Part shown: positions 30,278-41,427 of the stretch, piece by piece
Position numbering within the stretch: position 1 is the stretch's first letter
Layout of the letters: every line of letters begins with the position of its first letter
From: Blastocatellia bacterium AA13
GTDB lineage: Bacteria; Acidobacteriota; Blastocatellia; UBA7656
Length of the DNA: 64,000 nucleotides
Direction: 5' to 3'
NCBI GenBank assembly: GCA_003222245.1
Contig: QHVH01000011.1
Location: forward strand, 5,910 to 69,909
Position numbers and translations under genes: made by a program
The notes under the pieces: model-generated
The model's database searches: none
What the model was told of the DNA's origin: nothing
What the model saw: the letters and a program-made list of their open reading frames with translations, nothing else

Positions 30278-31093
30278 TCAGACTCGAGCAGTCGTCCTGC
30301 CTTCGAGCTGCGCGAACATGCGCTCTCGCGCCACGCCGATAAAATGATCGAAGATCGCGCGAGACAGACTGTCGTTCTGCCATCCTATTTCGGGGTGCCA
30401 TTGCACGCCGAGTATGAACTGGCCGCTTCTCGTATTCTCGACGGCTTCGATGACGCCGTCCGGGGCCCACGCAACCGGAACCAGATCTCGGCCGACGTTT
30501 TCAACTGCCTGATGATGATGGCTGTTAACGGCCGCGCGCGTCCCGCCGGCAAGCCGCGCAAGCAGGGAGTCTTCAGTGATGCTGATCGAGTGCTGATGCC
30601 GCTCTTGAATATCGCCCTGGCGATGCCTGATAGGATCTTTTGTTTGGGAAGGGATGTCTTGAATCAGGGTTCCTCCGCGATATACGTTGAGTACCTGGAT
30701 GCCAAAGCAGATGCAGAGCACGGGGAGACCCCGCTTTTCGGCCGCCTCCAGGAGCATCAGATCCGTCTCGTCGCGTCTCGGAACGTTGATCCCGCAATCC
30801 AGGATGGGCTCACGGCCATACCTGAGTGGATCGACATCGCTGTCCGACCCGGACAGGCATAGCCCATCGAGCTTTTCAACTACTGAGTCGATGTATTCGC
30901 GATTCGGCAGAAGCGGGAGGAGTATCGGCGTGCCGCCCGAGGCGAGGATCGCGTCCGGATATCCAATCCTGAGGTTGTAGTAGCTGGTCTCCCAGTTAAA
31001 GCGGCACGATATGCCGATGGCTGGTCTCAATTCTGAATTCAAGCTAGCAGCCCCTTCCCCGCTAAATGGCGTCCGGAGGTATCGTCGAAACAA
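30278..31093 (-). CDS. Gamma-glutamyl-gamma-aminobutyrate hydrolase family (class I glutamine amidotransferase, C26); start uncertain
   Basis: DVDP..YG, RDE, ICFGIQVLNV, VNSHHHQAV, GVQWHPE. Confidence 0.88.
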   Translation of the reverse strand: MFRRYLRTPFSGEGAASLNSELRPAIGISCRFNWETSYYNLRIGYPDAILASGGTPILLPLLPNREYIDSVVEKLDGLCLSGSDSDVDPLRYGREPILDCGINVPRRDETDLMLLEAAEKRGLPVLCICFGIQVLNVYRGGTLIQDIPSQTKDPIRHRQGDIQERHQHSISITEDSLLARLAGGTRAAVNSHHHQAVENVGRDLVPVAWAPDGVIEAVENTRSGQFILGVQWHPEIGWQNDSLSRAIFDHFIGVARERMFAQLEGRTTARV

Positions 31094-31496
31094 CCTGCTA
31101 AATCTCTCGGGTCAGTTCTAATTAATTCAGCGCCTATCCTCGAGTCTCGTACTCTTCGCAGGCCCTCGTCTCCGCAAAAAGGCAGAGTATCTTTCCCCGT
31201 GTGCCGATGTCAATTCGGGCTCAAGATTGAGAGGCTCGCGACAAGTTCTCAGCCAATCCGGAGCAATAGAACAGGGCTGAAGATCAGGCGGCCTATGAAA
31301 TTCCATATCGGAGACAGTCTAACGTTCTTAAACATACCTTATGAATCCGTCTATGGATCCAGGCAGTCAATCCTGGTGTCCTGACCTTTAGGGCACGCCG
31401 CCCGCCTGTGAGCTTTGCGCCGAAATTTCTTTTTGGGTAGAATGCAATGTTTCACTTTGATTCCCACAAAGCATCAACAATAAAAGGGGCGGTACG

Positions 31497-33368
31497 ATGG
31501 AATCCACAACCATTTTGAATAACGTGGAAGATCGGCATATCGAAGAACTCGACACAGTGACGATTCGATTTGCCGGAGACTCCGGGGACGGCATGCAGCT
31601 CACCGGAACTCAATTCACCAATACCTCGGCGGTTATTGGTAATGACATTTCCACTCTCCCGGACTTTCCCGCCGAGATACGCGCGCCGGCAGGCTCACTC
31701 CCGGGCGTTTCAGGATTTCAACTCAATTTCTCGAGCCAGGACATCAGAACACCGGGCGATCAGCCGAACGTTCTGGTCGCGATGAATCCGGCGGCGCTCA
31801 AGGTCAATCTTGCGGATCTCGAAGGTGGAGGAATCCTGATCGTCAACACCGATGCCTTTAACGAAGGCAATCTGAAGAAAGCGGGATACGAAAGCAATCC
31901 GCTCGATGACGGAAATCTGCTTCAGAACTATAGAGTCTTTAAGATTCCAATCTCGACCGCCAATCGAGCTGCTCTTCGGGAAGAAGTAAACATCCCGATG
32001 AAGGAGATCGACCGCTGCAAGAATTTTTGGGCGTTGGGGCTGATGTACTGGCTTTATGATCGGCCAATGGCTCCGACACTGACCTGGATCGAGACCCGCT
32101 TCAAGAAGACACCAGAGGTCGGCAAGGCCAACTCGACAGCTCTCCGCGCCGGCTTTGCATATGCCGAAGCCGCCGAGATATTCACGACTCACTATCGCGT
32201 AAAGCGGGCGGTCATTGCTCCCGGCAAATATCGAAAGATTACGGGCAACGAAGCGACCGCGCTGGGATGCGTCGCCGCGTCGCAACTGGCGGGCAAGCCT
32301 CTCTATTACGCAAGCTATCCCATAACACCGGCGTCGGACATTCTTCACGAGCTTGCCGCGCGAAGGAACTTCGGCGTAAAGACCTTTCAAGCCGAGGACG
32401 AAATCGCAGCCGTTTGCGCGGCCATCGGGGCTTCGTTCGCGGGCAGTCTCGGTGTTACCGGAACGAGCGGCCCAGGGTTGGCTCTGAAAGCCGAGGCCAT
32501 CGGACTGGCGGTAATGACGGAGCTGCCGCTGGTGGTTATCGACGTTCAGCGAGGCGGGCCGTCAACCGGGCTTCCGACCAAAACCGAACAGGCCGATCTC
32601 CTTCAAGCGATGTTCGGCCGCAACGGCGAGTGCCCGGTCGCAATAGTTGCTCCCGCAACCCCCGGCGACTGTTTTCACATGGCAATCGAAGCGTTTCGAA
32701 TCGCGACTCGACATATGATTCCGGTCATCTATCTTTCTGATGGATACCTGGCCAATGGAGCCGAGCCGTGGCGGTTGCCCGATATCGACGCTTTGCCTGA
32801 CTTCAAGGTCAAGAACAAGACAGAATCGAACGGTATTTTTCATCCCTATGAAAGGAACCCCGACACGCTTGCGAGGCCGTGGGCGTTGCCGGGCACTCCG
32901 GAGCTCGAGCATCGGATCGGCGGCATTGAGAAACAGGACACTACCGGGAACGTCTCATACGATCCCGAAAACCATATGCATATGGTACTGACGAGGGCGG
33001 AGAAGGTCGCGCTCATAGCCGACGACATACCCGATGTCGAGATTTTTGGCGAGTCGAGCGGCCGCGTTCTGGTAGTGGGCTGGGGCTCGACCTACGGTTC
33101 GATCACCTCCGCCGTTGAGGAAGTGCAGAATCGCGGAATGTCCGTATCGAGCGTGCACCTTCGCTACCTGAATCCTCTGCCTAAGAGCTTTGGCGATATC
33201 CTCGGCCGGTTCGACCGAATACTCGTTCCGGAGTTGAATCTCGGACAGCTTGCGATGTTGATGCGGGCCAGATTCCTTGTTCCGGCCATCTCGTTCCCGA
33301 AGGTAAAAGGCAAGCCATTCAAGATCAGCGAGCTTGTGGCGAAGATCGAAGAAGTCTACCAAGACTAA
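31497..33368 (+). CDS. 2-oxoacid:ferredoxin oxidoreductase alpha subunit (gamma-alpha fusion)
   Basis: FAGDSGDGMQ, YPITPAS, QAEDEIAA, TSGPG, QRGGPSTGLPT. Confidence 0.93.
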   Translation: MESTTILNNVEDRHIEELDTVTIRFAGDSGDGMQLTGTQFTNTSAVIGNDISTLPDFPAEIRAPAGSLPGVSGFQLNFSSQDIRTPGDQPNVLVAMNPAALKVNLADLEGGGILIVNTDAFNEGNLKKAGYESNPLDDGNLLQNYRVFKIPISTANRAALREEVNIPMKEIDRCKNFWALGLMYWLYDRPMAPTLTWIETRFKKTPEVGKANSTALRAGFAYAEAAEIFTTHYRVKRAVIAPGKYRKITGNEATALGCVAASQLAGKPLYYASYPITPASDILHELAARRNFGVKTFQAEDEIAAVCAAIGASFAGSLGVTGTSGPGLALKAEAIGLAVMTELPLVVIDVQRGGPSTGLPTKTEQADLLQAMFGRNGECPVAIVAPATPGDCFHMAIEAFRIATRHMIPVIYLSDGYLANGAEPWRLPDIDALPDFKVKNKTESNGIFHPYERNPDTLARPWALPGTPELEHRIGGIEKQDTTGNVSYDPENHMHMVLTRAEKVALIADDIPDVEIFGESSGRVLVVGWGSTYGSITSAVEEVQNRGMSVSSVHLRYLNPLPKSFGDILGRFDRILVPELNLGQLAMLMRARFLVPAISFPKVKGKPFKISELVAKIEEVYQD

Positions 33369-33413
33369 TAGCGGAAATAGTTCGGCCTTTATAGGTCGTT
33401 CGGGAGATTTTCA

Positions 33414-34460
33414 ATGAGTACACACGTGGCGGAAAACGGCGGCAACGGAAGTGAAGTCGTCAAACTGACGAAAAAAGACTTCGTATCGGATCAGGAGGTC
33501 AGGTGGTGCCCGGGATGCGGCGATTACGCGATCCTGGCTCAAGTGCAAAAGGTAATGCCCGAGCTCGGCCTCAAGCGGGAGAACATTGTATTCGTCTCCG
33601 GCATCGGCTGCTCGAGCCGCTTTCCTTATTACATGAATACCTACGGGTTTCACAGCATTCACGGGCGCGCGCCCGCGATCGCAACCGGCATTAAAACCGC
33701 GAATCCAGAGCTGTCGGTCTGGGTCATCACCGGAGACGGCGACGCATTGTCGATCGGCGGAAACCATCTGATTCACGCGATCAGGCGGAATCTCGACATC
33801 AACATCATCCTTTTCAACAACCGGATCTACGGCCTGACCAAAGGCCAGTATTCGCCCACAAGCGAATTCGGCAAGAAGACCAAATCCACGCCGTTCGGCG
33901 TAATAGACTATCCGTTGAATCCGCTTTCGGTCGCGCTAGCTGCTGAAGCCACTTTCGTGGCTCGCTCCGTCGATACGCACGTCGCGCACCTTCAGATGGT
34001 GGTCGAACGCGCAATGCGTCACAAAGGCGTCTCGTTTGTCGAGGTTTATCAGAACTGCAACATCTTCAATGATGGGGCATTTGATATGTTCACCGATCGC
34101 GCGGTCAAAGACGACAAGATGATCCAGATCGAGCATGGTAAACCGCTGGTCTACGGCAAGGAGCACAATCGCGGAATTCGTCTGCACGATATGCATCTCG
34201 AAGCCGTCGAGCTCGGCAATGGAATCAGCGAATCAGATTTGATCGTGCACAATGAGAAGTCGCCCGACTCCTACCTTGCTTACATGTTCGCGCGAATGGA
34301 GTACCCGGACTATCCGGTTCCGATCGGCGTTTTTCGCGATGTCGAAAAACGCACTTACGAGAGTTTGCTCGAGGAGCAGATACAGGGCGCGGTTGCAAAA
34401 ATGGGCGCGGGAAGCCTCGAGAAGCTCATCAATAGCGGCGACACGTGGGTTATTGACTAG
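33414..34460 (+). CDS. 2-oxoacid:ferredoxin oxidoreductase beta subunit
   Basis: WCPGCGD, SGIGCSSR, HGRA, GDGD TPP-binding motif, YGLTKGQ.SPT. Confidence 0.93.
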   Translation: MSTHVAENGGNGSEVVKLTKKDFVSDQEVRWCPGCGDYAILAQVQKVMPELGLKRENIVFVSGIGCSSRFPYYMNTYGFHSIHGRAPAIATGIKTANPELSVWVITGDGDALSIGGNHLIHAIRRNLDINIILFNNRIYGLTKGQYSPTSEFGKKTKSTPFGVIDYPLNPLSVALAAEATFVARSVDTHVAHLQMVVERAMRHKGVSFVEVYQNCNIFNDGAFDMFTDRAVKDDKMIQIEHGKPLVYGKEHNRGIRLHDMHLEAVELGNGISESDLIVHNEKSPDSYLAYMFARMEYPDYPVPIGVFRDVEKRTYESLLEEQIQGAVAKMGAGSLEKLINSGDTWVID

Positions 34461-34506
34461 AGTCGCGCGAGGAATCAGGCTGGATTAATCCACGCCTAAG
34501 AACACT

Positions 34507-34572
34507 GTAGGGGCTGGCCTCCGTGCCGGCCCCTCTTTGCGTTTGGCCTCCGTGCCGGCCCTTCTTTGCGTT
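34507..34572 (+). repeat. GTAG-type REP-like palindrome with a 29-bp tandem duplication
   Basis: GTAGGGGCTGGC-ctccgt-GCCGGCCCC; 34515-34543 vs 34544-34572 match 28/29. Confidence 0.65.
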
Positions 34573-34629
34573 TACGAATACTCGAGAACAGCAGGCGCGC
34601 AACACGCCTGCCACACCCGTCGGCTCGCT

Positions 34630-35706
34630 TCACAAACCGAGATTGAGAAACTCTTCAACATTCGTTTCAAGACTCGGGGCGCCGGCCGCGAGGAGAGGGC
34701 CGAGGCCTTCGGCGAAATATCTGATCAGTGCTTTCGCAAGCTCCCTTTCGTCTCCCGGTGAAAACATCAGCCCATTGACCTGATCGATTATGATCTCTTG
34801 AAGGCCTCCCGTCCGGGACGCAATCACCGGCAGCCGATTGGAGAGCGCTATTCGAGCGACGCCGCTCTGCGTGGCGCTTAGATAAGGCAGTACAAGAACG
34901 TCCGCCCAGTCAAAGAGGCTGCCTACCTCCTCGTTGGCTATGTATCGATCTTCTATTTCTACTCGAGACTCGAGCCCGAGATCTTCGATTAATTTCCTGT
35001 AAGGACTCGCCGGATCGTAAAACTCGCCTACGATTCTCAAGCGACAGTCAAAGCGTGCGAGTACTGCCGGCATTGCTCGCAACAGTACCTCCAGGCCCTT
35101 GTACTTTCTGACGAGCCCGAAGAAAAGGATGTTGCGGCCGCGTCGGTCCGGTCGAGACTTGCCCGCGAATTGATCTATGGAAGGAAGCGGGGCCACTCTC
35201 ACTACGGCGTCTGATCTGATCGTAAGAAGCGTGTTTAGATCGGCCTCCGAGTGCGTGATGAACCGATCGACGGGCAGAAACGCAAATCCGGCAAGCGCGA
35301 AATCGAACCATTTATCTTCGTGTGGAAGAATGTTGTGACACTCCAGCAGGACTCTTATTCCGGCGGCTTCAAAGAGGCCGCTTAGGATGCCGGTGACCGG
35401 CGCAAAGAACGTATTCCACCACTGAATGATCACGAGTTCAGGATCGAATTCACGTGTTTGATTTAACGCGCGAAGCCATGTGAGCGGGTTAAGAGGATCG
35501 AGCAGCGCCTCCGCTTCTGCATCGAGTTTTAGCTCGCTGGCGTCGGTCGTGACTTTCCCCGGAAACAGGAACGCCGGATAGAGCCGCTTGAATGAGATGA
35601 CTTGAACGGCATGGCTTCGGGCAGTCAGCTCCTTCCAAAGCCAAAAGACATGATGCGCGATCCCTCCTCTGAGAGGATACGCCGGGCCAATAATCGTGAC
35701 CCTCAC
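34630..35706 (-). CDS. Glycosyltransferase family 4
   Basis: GPAYPLRGGIAH, FFGLVRKYKG, LPYLSATQSG, GGL.E. Confidence 0.9.
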   Translation of the reverse strand: MRVTIIGPAYPLRGGIAHHVFWLWKELTARSHAVQVISFKRLYPAFLFPGKVTTDASELKLDAEAEALLDPLNPLTWLRALNQTREFDPELVIIQWWNTFFAPVTGILSGLFEAAGIRVLLECHNILPHEDKWFDFALAGFAFLPVDRFITHSEADLNTLLTIRSDAVVRVAPLPSIDQFAGKSRPDRRGRNILFFGLVRKYKGLEVLLRAMPAVLARFDCRLRIVGEFYDPASPYRKLIEDLGLESRVEIEDRYIANEEVGSLFDWADVLVLPYLSATQSGVARIALSNRLPVIASRTGGLQEIIIDQVNGLMFSPGDERELAKALIRYFAEGLGPLLAAGAPSLETNVEEFLNLGL

Positions 35707-36701
35707 CGCGTCGGGCTCTCCTCGCCTCGCCTTTTGACGACCGCTTCCGCTCGCGTTTCGTCTTCATCGGCGTTGACGATTGAATAGTCGTCTTCCCTTC
35801 TATACGAAAACGCGATCATCTCAGCAAGAAGGCCGAACAGGATGAACTGAACGCCGATGATTATGAACAAGGTTCCGATAATCAAGAGCGGCCTGTTTGT
35901 GAGCCACTGCAGATAGAAGATTCGCTGGTAAAAAAGGTAAATGTCTATGCACGTTCCCAGCCCGCTCAGCATAAGACCCATGACGCCGAAGAAGTGCAGC
36001 GGCCGGTTCGTGTATCGGGTCATCAGGATGACTGTTAACAGGCTGAATACTCCGCCGAATACTCGGCCAACCCCGTAGTGAGACGAACCGTGCCGCCGCG
36101 CCGCGTGTTCGATTTTGATCTCGCCTATGCGAAAGCCTCGGTAACTTGCAAGCACAGGCGTAAAACGATGGCGCTCGCCATAGATGAGGACTTCATCGAG
36201 CACCTCGCGTCGATAACACTTGAACCCGCAGTTGATGTCGTGCAGATGCACTCCGGTTAGAAGCGCCGTCGTCCAATTGTAAAGCTTCGAAGAGATTCTC
36301 TTGTTCAATGGATCCTGGCGGTCGTAGCGCCAACCGGAAACCAGGTCGTAGCCTTCTTCGATCTTGGCCAAAAATAGTGGGATGTGTTCCGGAAGGTCCT
36401 GAAGATCCGCGTCCATCGTTATGATCACGTCATACCTTGCCGCGCTGAAACCGGCTGCCAGCGCCGCCGATTTACCGAAGTTCCTCCTGAACTTTATGCT
36501 TCTGACGGAATGATCCGCGGCCCTTATTCGCGTGATCTTCTGATACGACCCGTCCGTACTACCGTCGTCGACAAAGATGATCTCGTATCGTTCGGCGACG
36601 TCGGCGAGAACAAGCGAGAGCCTCTCATGTAATTCGTCGAGCGATTCGCTCTCGTTCATGACCGGGATGATGATGGATATTGACGGACTGGTCGCCCTCA
36701 T
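35703..36701 (-). CDS. Glycosyltransferase family 2 (ArnC/GtrB-like polyprenol-phosphate GT)
   Basis: IIPVMNE, VDDGSTD, RNFGKSAAL, MDADLQD, DINCGFK; two C-terminal TM helices. Confidence 0.9.
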   Translation of the reverse strand: MRATSPSISIIIPVMNESESLDELHERLSLVLADVAERYEIIFVDDGSTDGSYQKITRIRAADHSVRSIKFRRNFGKSAALAAGFSAARYDVIITMDADLQDLPEHIPLFLAKIEEGYDLVSGWRYDRQDPLNKRISSKLYNWTTALLTGVHLHDINCGFKCYRREVLDEVLIYGERHRFTPVLASYRGFRIGEIKIEHAARRHGSSHYGVGRVFGGVFSLLTVILMTRYTNRPLHFFGVMGLMLSGLGTCIDIYLFYQRIFYLQWLTNRPLLIIGTLFIIIGVQFILFGLLAEMIAFSYRREDDYSIVNADEDETRAEAVVKRRGEESPTR

Positions 36702-36918
36702 ACTGTCCCTTTGTTCCTTCCGGCTTCCAAGCCGGGCGCGCCTAGTATACCCCACTCAAAGCCCGAATAATAAAGTAGTTCTTTCGGACATTGAATACGC
36801 ACACGGACCATAGTAGTATTCGGGGGTTCCGGGTCCCGGCCCCAAAGGCATCGATTGAAGTTAGGGCGCAAAAAGATGCACCGTCCCGGCTGTCTCTTAA
36901 GAGGAGTATCATTGGGCA

Positions 36919-39168
36919 ATGAAGTTCAGGCTAGTACTCTCTATTCTCATCGCTCTCTTTGTATTCACATCCATAGCCGTCATCCAGGCTGATGATCATC
37001 GGGCCGCCGGCCTTGATGGTTCGCCTTCCGGCAGTTCTTCAACAAAAGAGATTCGCAACTGGGAGCTTACCGGGCCCTGGGGAGGCGATGTTCGGTCGAT
37101 GGTTTGTTCGCCGGACAATGCCGATCTACTCTATCTTGGAACGAGCGATGGACAGCTTTTCAGATCAACGGACGCAGCGTCGACGTGGAGGCGCTTACGG
37201 CCGGGCCTGGGCAAAGCCGGCCTCTCGGTCGATTCGATAGCAGTCGACCCACGCAACACAAAGACGATGTACGTCGGCGCGTGGGCGGTTTCTCAAGCAG
37301 CGGAGAGCGGCGTCTATAAGAGCGAAGACGGCGGCGAACATTGGAGGCTGCTCGATCAGACGCGATCGCTTTCAGTCCGCTCGCTTGCATTGGGGCCTTC
37401 AGACTCGGCGCTCCTCCTGGCCGGCACGGCCAATGACGATCCCAATCTCAACGGCGTGTATCGCTCGACGGATTCCGGCAAGAGCTGGGGGCGCATTTCA
37501 CCCGCGGGCGATAAAGAAATTCGCAACATTGCGTCGCTGGCAGTCGACCCCAAGAACACGGACATCATTTACGCCGGAACATTTCATCTGCCGTGGAAGA
37601 CTCTGGATGGAGGCAAGACCTGGAAGCAGACCGGATATCAAGGTAACGGCTTCATAGATGATTCCGACATCTTTGGAATCTCGGTCAACGCCACAAACTC
37701 GAATCTCGTTTATATGAATGCCTGCAGCGGCATCTATCGCTCAACGTCCGCGGGTGAAAAATGGGCCAAGATACCTGGAATCCCTTTCAGCGCCCGACGC
37801 ACCTACGCATTGTTACCGCATCCCAGCGATCCCAACGTGATTTTCGCCGGAACCAGCGAAGGCTTATGGCGGTCAAAGGACGGCGGCAAGCGCTGGATGC
37901 TTCTCACCTCCAAGAACGTCGTAATCAGGGCGATCGTGATTCACGCGGACAATCCGAAGCGCGTGCTCATAGCGACCGACGATTTCGGAGTCGAGCTTTC
38001 AGACAATCTAGGCGACGACTTCAAGCCCGTGAACGTCGGCTTTATACATCGCCACATCCTCGCGATCCTGCCAGACGGCACGCAGCACGGACGCATCCTT
38101 GCGAGTGTTTTCAACGACGGCACGGCAGGCAGCGTGTTTGTTTCTTCCGACGACGGCGAAAGCTGGGAGAACTCTTCCCGCGGACTTGGGCAGCGAGACG
38201 TTTACTCGTTTTATCAGGCTCCTGACGGGACGCAGGCCATCTACGCGGCGACAAACGCCGGTGTTTTCAAGTCCGTCGATCACGGGGGCAACTGGTCATT
38301 CGTAGGCGGACCAAAGAAAGAAGAACTGCCGACGGCCAAAAGCAAAGTACGCTCGACGGGTCGAACTTCAGCTTCAGCGAAAGGATCGAAAGCAGCAATA
38401 GGGAAGTATGCTCAGGCTGCGAGTGTTCAGAGGAAGCGTCCATCCCAACGGGCAAAGGCGAAGAAGGAACCGCCGCCTCCCGAGCCAACGGGGCCGCCGC
38501 TTTTTGAGCTCAGCCGACAGGTTGACGCCATAACGAGCTTCGTCGACTCCGAGGGCAGAAGCGGTCTTTTGGCGGCTACGATGGATGGTCTTTTCATGAC
38601 GATGGATGAGACGCGCGGCTGGCAGCGCATTCCTCTACCCGATTATGATTCGGCGGGCCGGGTATTCTCCATCTCAACACACAAGGACAGTCCTAAGACG
38701 GTATATGTAGGAACTCGCGACGGTCTGTTCATATCGCGAGACGGCTGTTCCACGTGGGAGCACGTGAGTCGAGGCCCGAGCGGCGTGTCGGTGAAGGCCA
38801 TAGCGCAGGACCCGCGCGACCCCAATCTTGTTGTGGTCGGAACCAACTACGTTGTTTTTCGATCTACAAACGGAGGCAGGAGTTGGTCGGCTCGCGGCGG
38901 CGGTCTGTCACCCGGAGATTACACAGCGGTCACGTTCAATCCGCTCAATCCCAGTGAAGTGATGGTGACCGACTACTCGAGAGGCGGAATCTACAGATCC
39001 ACCGATAGCGGATATTCCTGGGTGCGAATCGACGATTCTCAGTTGCCGACCAGCAGGATATGGACGGTCATATTCGACCCGTTTGAACGAGACAAGGCCT
39101 ACGCGGGCAGTTTCTCATCAGGGGTGTACGTGCTTACAACCGAAAGGCGAGCTGGTTCTAAAGAGTAA
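36919..39168 (+). CDS. Secreted BNR/Asp-box repeat beta-propeller protein (YCF48/VPS10-like)
   Basis: Many S.DGG..W Asp-box repeats; signal peptide; GAGGAG RBS. Confidence 0.85.
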   Translation: MKFRLVLSILIALFVFTSIAVIQADDHRAAGLDGSPSGSSSTKEIRNWELTGPWGGDVRSMVCSPDNADLLYLGTSDGQLFRSTDAASTWRRLRPGLGKAGLSVDSIAVDPRNTKTMYVGAWAVSQAAESGVYKSEDGGEHWRLLDQTRSLSVRSLALGPSDSALLLAGTANDDPNLNGVYRSTDSGKSWGRISPAGDKEIRNIASLAVDPKNTDIIYAGTFHLPWKTLDGGKTWKQTGYQGNGFIDDSDIFGISVNATNSNLVYMNACSGIYRSTSAGEKWAKIPGIPFSARRTYALLPHPSDPNVIFAGTSEGLWRSKDGGKRWMLLTSKNVVIRAIVIHADNPKRVLIATDDFGVELSDNLGDDFKPVNVGFIHRHILAILPDGTQHGRILASVFNDGTAGSVFVSSDDGESWENSSRGLGQRDVYSFYQAPDGTQAIYAATNAGVFKSVDHGGNWSFVGGPKKEELPTAKSKVRSTGRTSASAKGSKAAIGKYAQAASVQRKRPSQRAKAKKEPPPPEPTGPPLFELSRQVDAITSFVDSEGRSGLLAATMDGLFMTMDETRGWQRIPLPDYDSAGRVFSISTHKDSPKTVYVGTRDGLFISRDGCSTWEHVSRGPSGVSVKAIAQDPRDPNLVVVGTNYVVFRSTNGGRSWSARGGGLSPGDYTAVTFNPLNPSEVMVTDYSRGGIYRSTDSGYSWVRIDDSQLPTSRIWTVIFDPFERDKAYAGSFSSGVYVLTTERRAGSKE

Positions 39169-39259
39169 TCGAGGCGGCCGCCGAGAGAAACAAAAGACGG
39201 TTCGACGGCTAATCTTCCGGTCAACCAATCGGCCGCGGCAACCAGCGCTTAAAAATCAT

Positions 39260-40423
39260 ATGAAAATTCACGAATATCAAGGTAAGCAGCTCTTATCGAA
39301 ATTCGGAGTCACCGTTCCCCGAGGCGAGGTGGTCGACTCCGCGGGTCAGGCGCGAGCTGTTGCGGAGAAGCTCGGACTGCCGGTCGTGGTCAAAGCTCAG
39401 ATTCACGCGGGCGGCCGCGGCAAAGGCGGCGGCGTTAAGCTGGCCAGGTCGTTTGACGAAGCGGAAGCGTTCGCCAGCGAGATGCTCGGGATGACGCTCG
39501 TCACGCATCAGACCGGGCCTGAAGGCCGCGAGGTCCGTAGAGTCCTTATAGAAGAAGGGTTGAAGATAAAGCAGGAGTTCTATCTCGGCATCGTGCTCGA
39601 TCGAGCAATCTCGCGCCTCGTATTCATGGCGTCCTCGGCGGGAGGTATGGAAATCGAGGAGGTCGCGGCGCAGGAGCCCGAGAAGATATTAAAGGAGCCG
39701 ATCGATCCAGCCGTCGGGCTTCAATCTTTTCAGGCCAGGAAGCTCGCGTTTGGTATCGGCCTCCCTCCGGAGACCGTCAACAAGGCGGTGAAGTTCATGA
39801 CGGCTCTGTACCGCGCGTACGTCGAACTCGATGCCTCTCTTGCTGAGATCAATCCATTTCTATTGACGGAAGAGGGCGAGCTATATGCGCTCGACGCGAA
39901 GTTGAGCTTCGACGACAACGCCCTTTTCCGCCATAAGGACGTATTAGAGCTTCGAGATTTGAATGAAGAAGAGCCTCTCGAGATCGACGCGTCCAAGCAC
40001 GACCTCAATTACATCAAGCTCGACGGCAACATAGGCTGTATGGTAAACGGCGCGGGCCTTGCGATGGCGACCATGGACATCATCAAGCTTGCCGGCGGCG
40101 AGCCGGCAAACTTTCTCGATGTCGGCGGCGGCGCCTCACAGGAGCGCGTTGAAAATGCGTTTAGGATTCTCTTGTCCGATTCTAATGTGCGCGCCGTGCT
40201 CATCAACATCTTCGGCGGAATTGTCAGAACCGATATGGTTGCGACCGGCGTCGTGGAAGCCGCGAAGAAATTGGGCGTCAAGGTCCCCGTCGTAGTGCGG
40301 CTCGAAGGCACTAACGTGGAAAAGGGCCGCGAAGTAATAGAGAAGTGCGGACTTGGATTCAAAACCGCATCCAGTATGAAAGACGCGGCTGAAAAGATCG
40401 TAGCTCTGGCCGCGGCTCAGTGA
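39260..40423 (+). CDS. sucC: Succinyl-CoA synthetase beta subunit
   Basis: [50 protein letters not shown]. Confidence 0.96.
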   Translation: MKIHEYQGKQLLSKFGVTVPRGEVVDSAGQARAVAEKLGLPVVVKAQIHAGGRGKGGGVKLARSFDEAEAFASEMLGMTLVTHQTGPEGREVRRVLIEEGLKIKQEFYLGIVLDRAISRLVFMASSAGGMEIEEVAAQEPEKILKEPIDPAVGLQSFQARKLAFGIGLPPETVNKAVKFMTALYRAYVELDASLAEINPFLLTEEGELYALDAKLSFDDNALFRHKDVLELRDLNEEEPLEIDASKHDLNYIKLDGNIGCMVNGAGLAMATMDIIKLAGGEPANFLDVGGGASQERVENAFRILLSDSNVRAVLINIFGGIVRTDMVATGVVEAAKKLGVKVPVVVRLEGTNVEKGREVIEKCGLGFKTASSMKDAAEKIVALAAAQ

Positions 40424-41427
40424 CGATGCACGACCTGACGGTAATTGGAGCCGGGCCCGCCGGCCTTTCGGCCGCAAAAGAGGCGAGGCTCCTGGGTTTG
40501 AGTTTTATCGTGCTCGAGCGCGGCGTGGCGGCCGACACAGTTTACCGCTATCCATTGGGAACGATCCTCTTCTCCACGTCCAATGAAGTGGAGCTCGAGG
40601 CTGGCTCTCTTCCATCCGACCGCAAGCCCACACGCGAGGAAGTGCTCGCTCATTACAATCAAGTTGCTTTCAAAAAGAGCCCGGACGTAAGGTGCGGCCA
40701 GCAAGTCATCGACATCGCTGGAACGAAACGCGGCATGGAGGTCCGAACCAGAAATGCATGTTACCTCAGCCGCGCCGTCCTCGCGGCGATAGGAGGATTC
40801 GGCAAAGAGCGGAGATTGAACATCCCAGGCGAATCCCCCGAGCGCGTCTCGTATCGATTCAGCGACCCGGCGCCTTTCAAAAAGAAAATGGTCATGATAA
40901 TCGGCGGCGGAAACTCGGCAGCCGAAGCCGCGGTGTCATTCTGCCGCGCCGGGGCCAACGTAACTCTCTCCACTCGCGCCGAGAACCTATACAGTGCGCC
41001 AAGCCCTGAATCAGGAGCTGCCGCGATCAAACCATGGGTCCGCGAGCCTCTGGACCGAGCGGCCGCTGAAGGATTAGTTCGCATATACACGGGCTGCGAA
41101 GTCGCGGAAATCGGCCCCGACAGCGCGCTCATAAAAACTTCAGAGGGCGCCTCGGAGCGGATCGAGTGCGATCATATATTCGCTCTCATCGGCGCCGATC
41201 CCGACACGTCATTGCTGGAATCGGCCGGGGCTCGCATTGCAGGCGATGGGCGGCCGGTTTACAATCCTCTGACGAACGAGACGACGCTGAGCGGATTATT
41301 TGTGGCAGGCCATCTCACCCGCGAAAAACACATCAAGAGCGCTATTGAAAGCGCCAGAAAAACGGTGAGGGCGATCGCGGGCGGGCTGCGTGAAGGGGGA
41401 TTCAGTTATGGACGCGCCCAAGGCTGA
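40420..41427 (+). CDS. FAD/NAD(P)H disulfide-oxidoreductase, YpdA/thioredoxin-reductase-like
   Basis: [35 protein letters not shown]...GLFVAG. Confidence 0.8.
   Translation: MTMHDLTVIGAGPAGLSAAKEARLLGLSFIVLERGVAADTVYRYPLGTILFSTSNEVELEAGSLPSDRKPTREEVLAHYNQVAFKKSPDVRCGQQVIDIAGTKRGMEVRTRNACYLSRAVLAAIGGFGKERRLNIPGESPERVSYRFSDPAPFKKKMVMIIGGGNSAAEAAVSFCRAGANVTLSTRAENLYSAPSPESGAAAIKPWVREPLDRAAAEGLVRIYTGCEVAEIGPDSALIKTSEGASERIECDHIFALIGADPDTSLLESAGARIAGDGRPVYNPLTNETTLSGLFVAGHLTREKHIKSAIESARKTVRAIAGGLREGGFSYGRAQG

Noticed and set aside
38746-38761. parS-like TGTTCCACGTGGGAGC inside the BNR gene
   Set aside because: Right half-site is degenerate and the match lies in coding sequence
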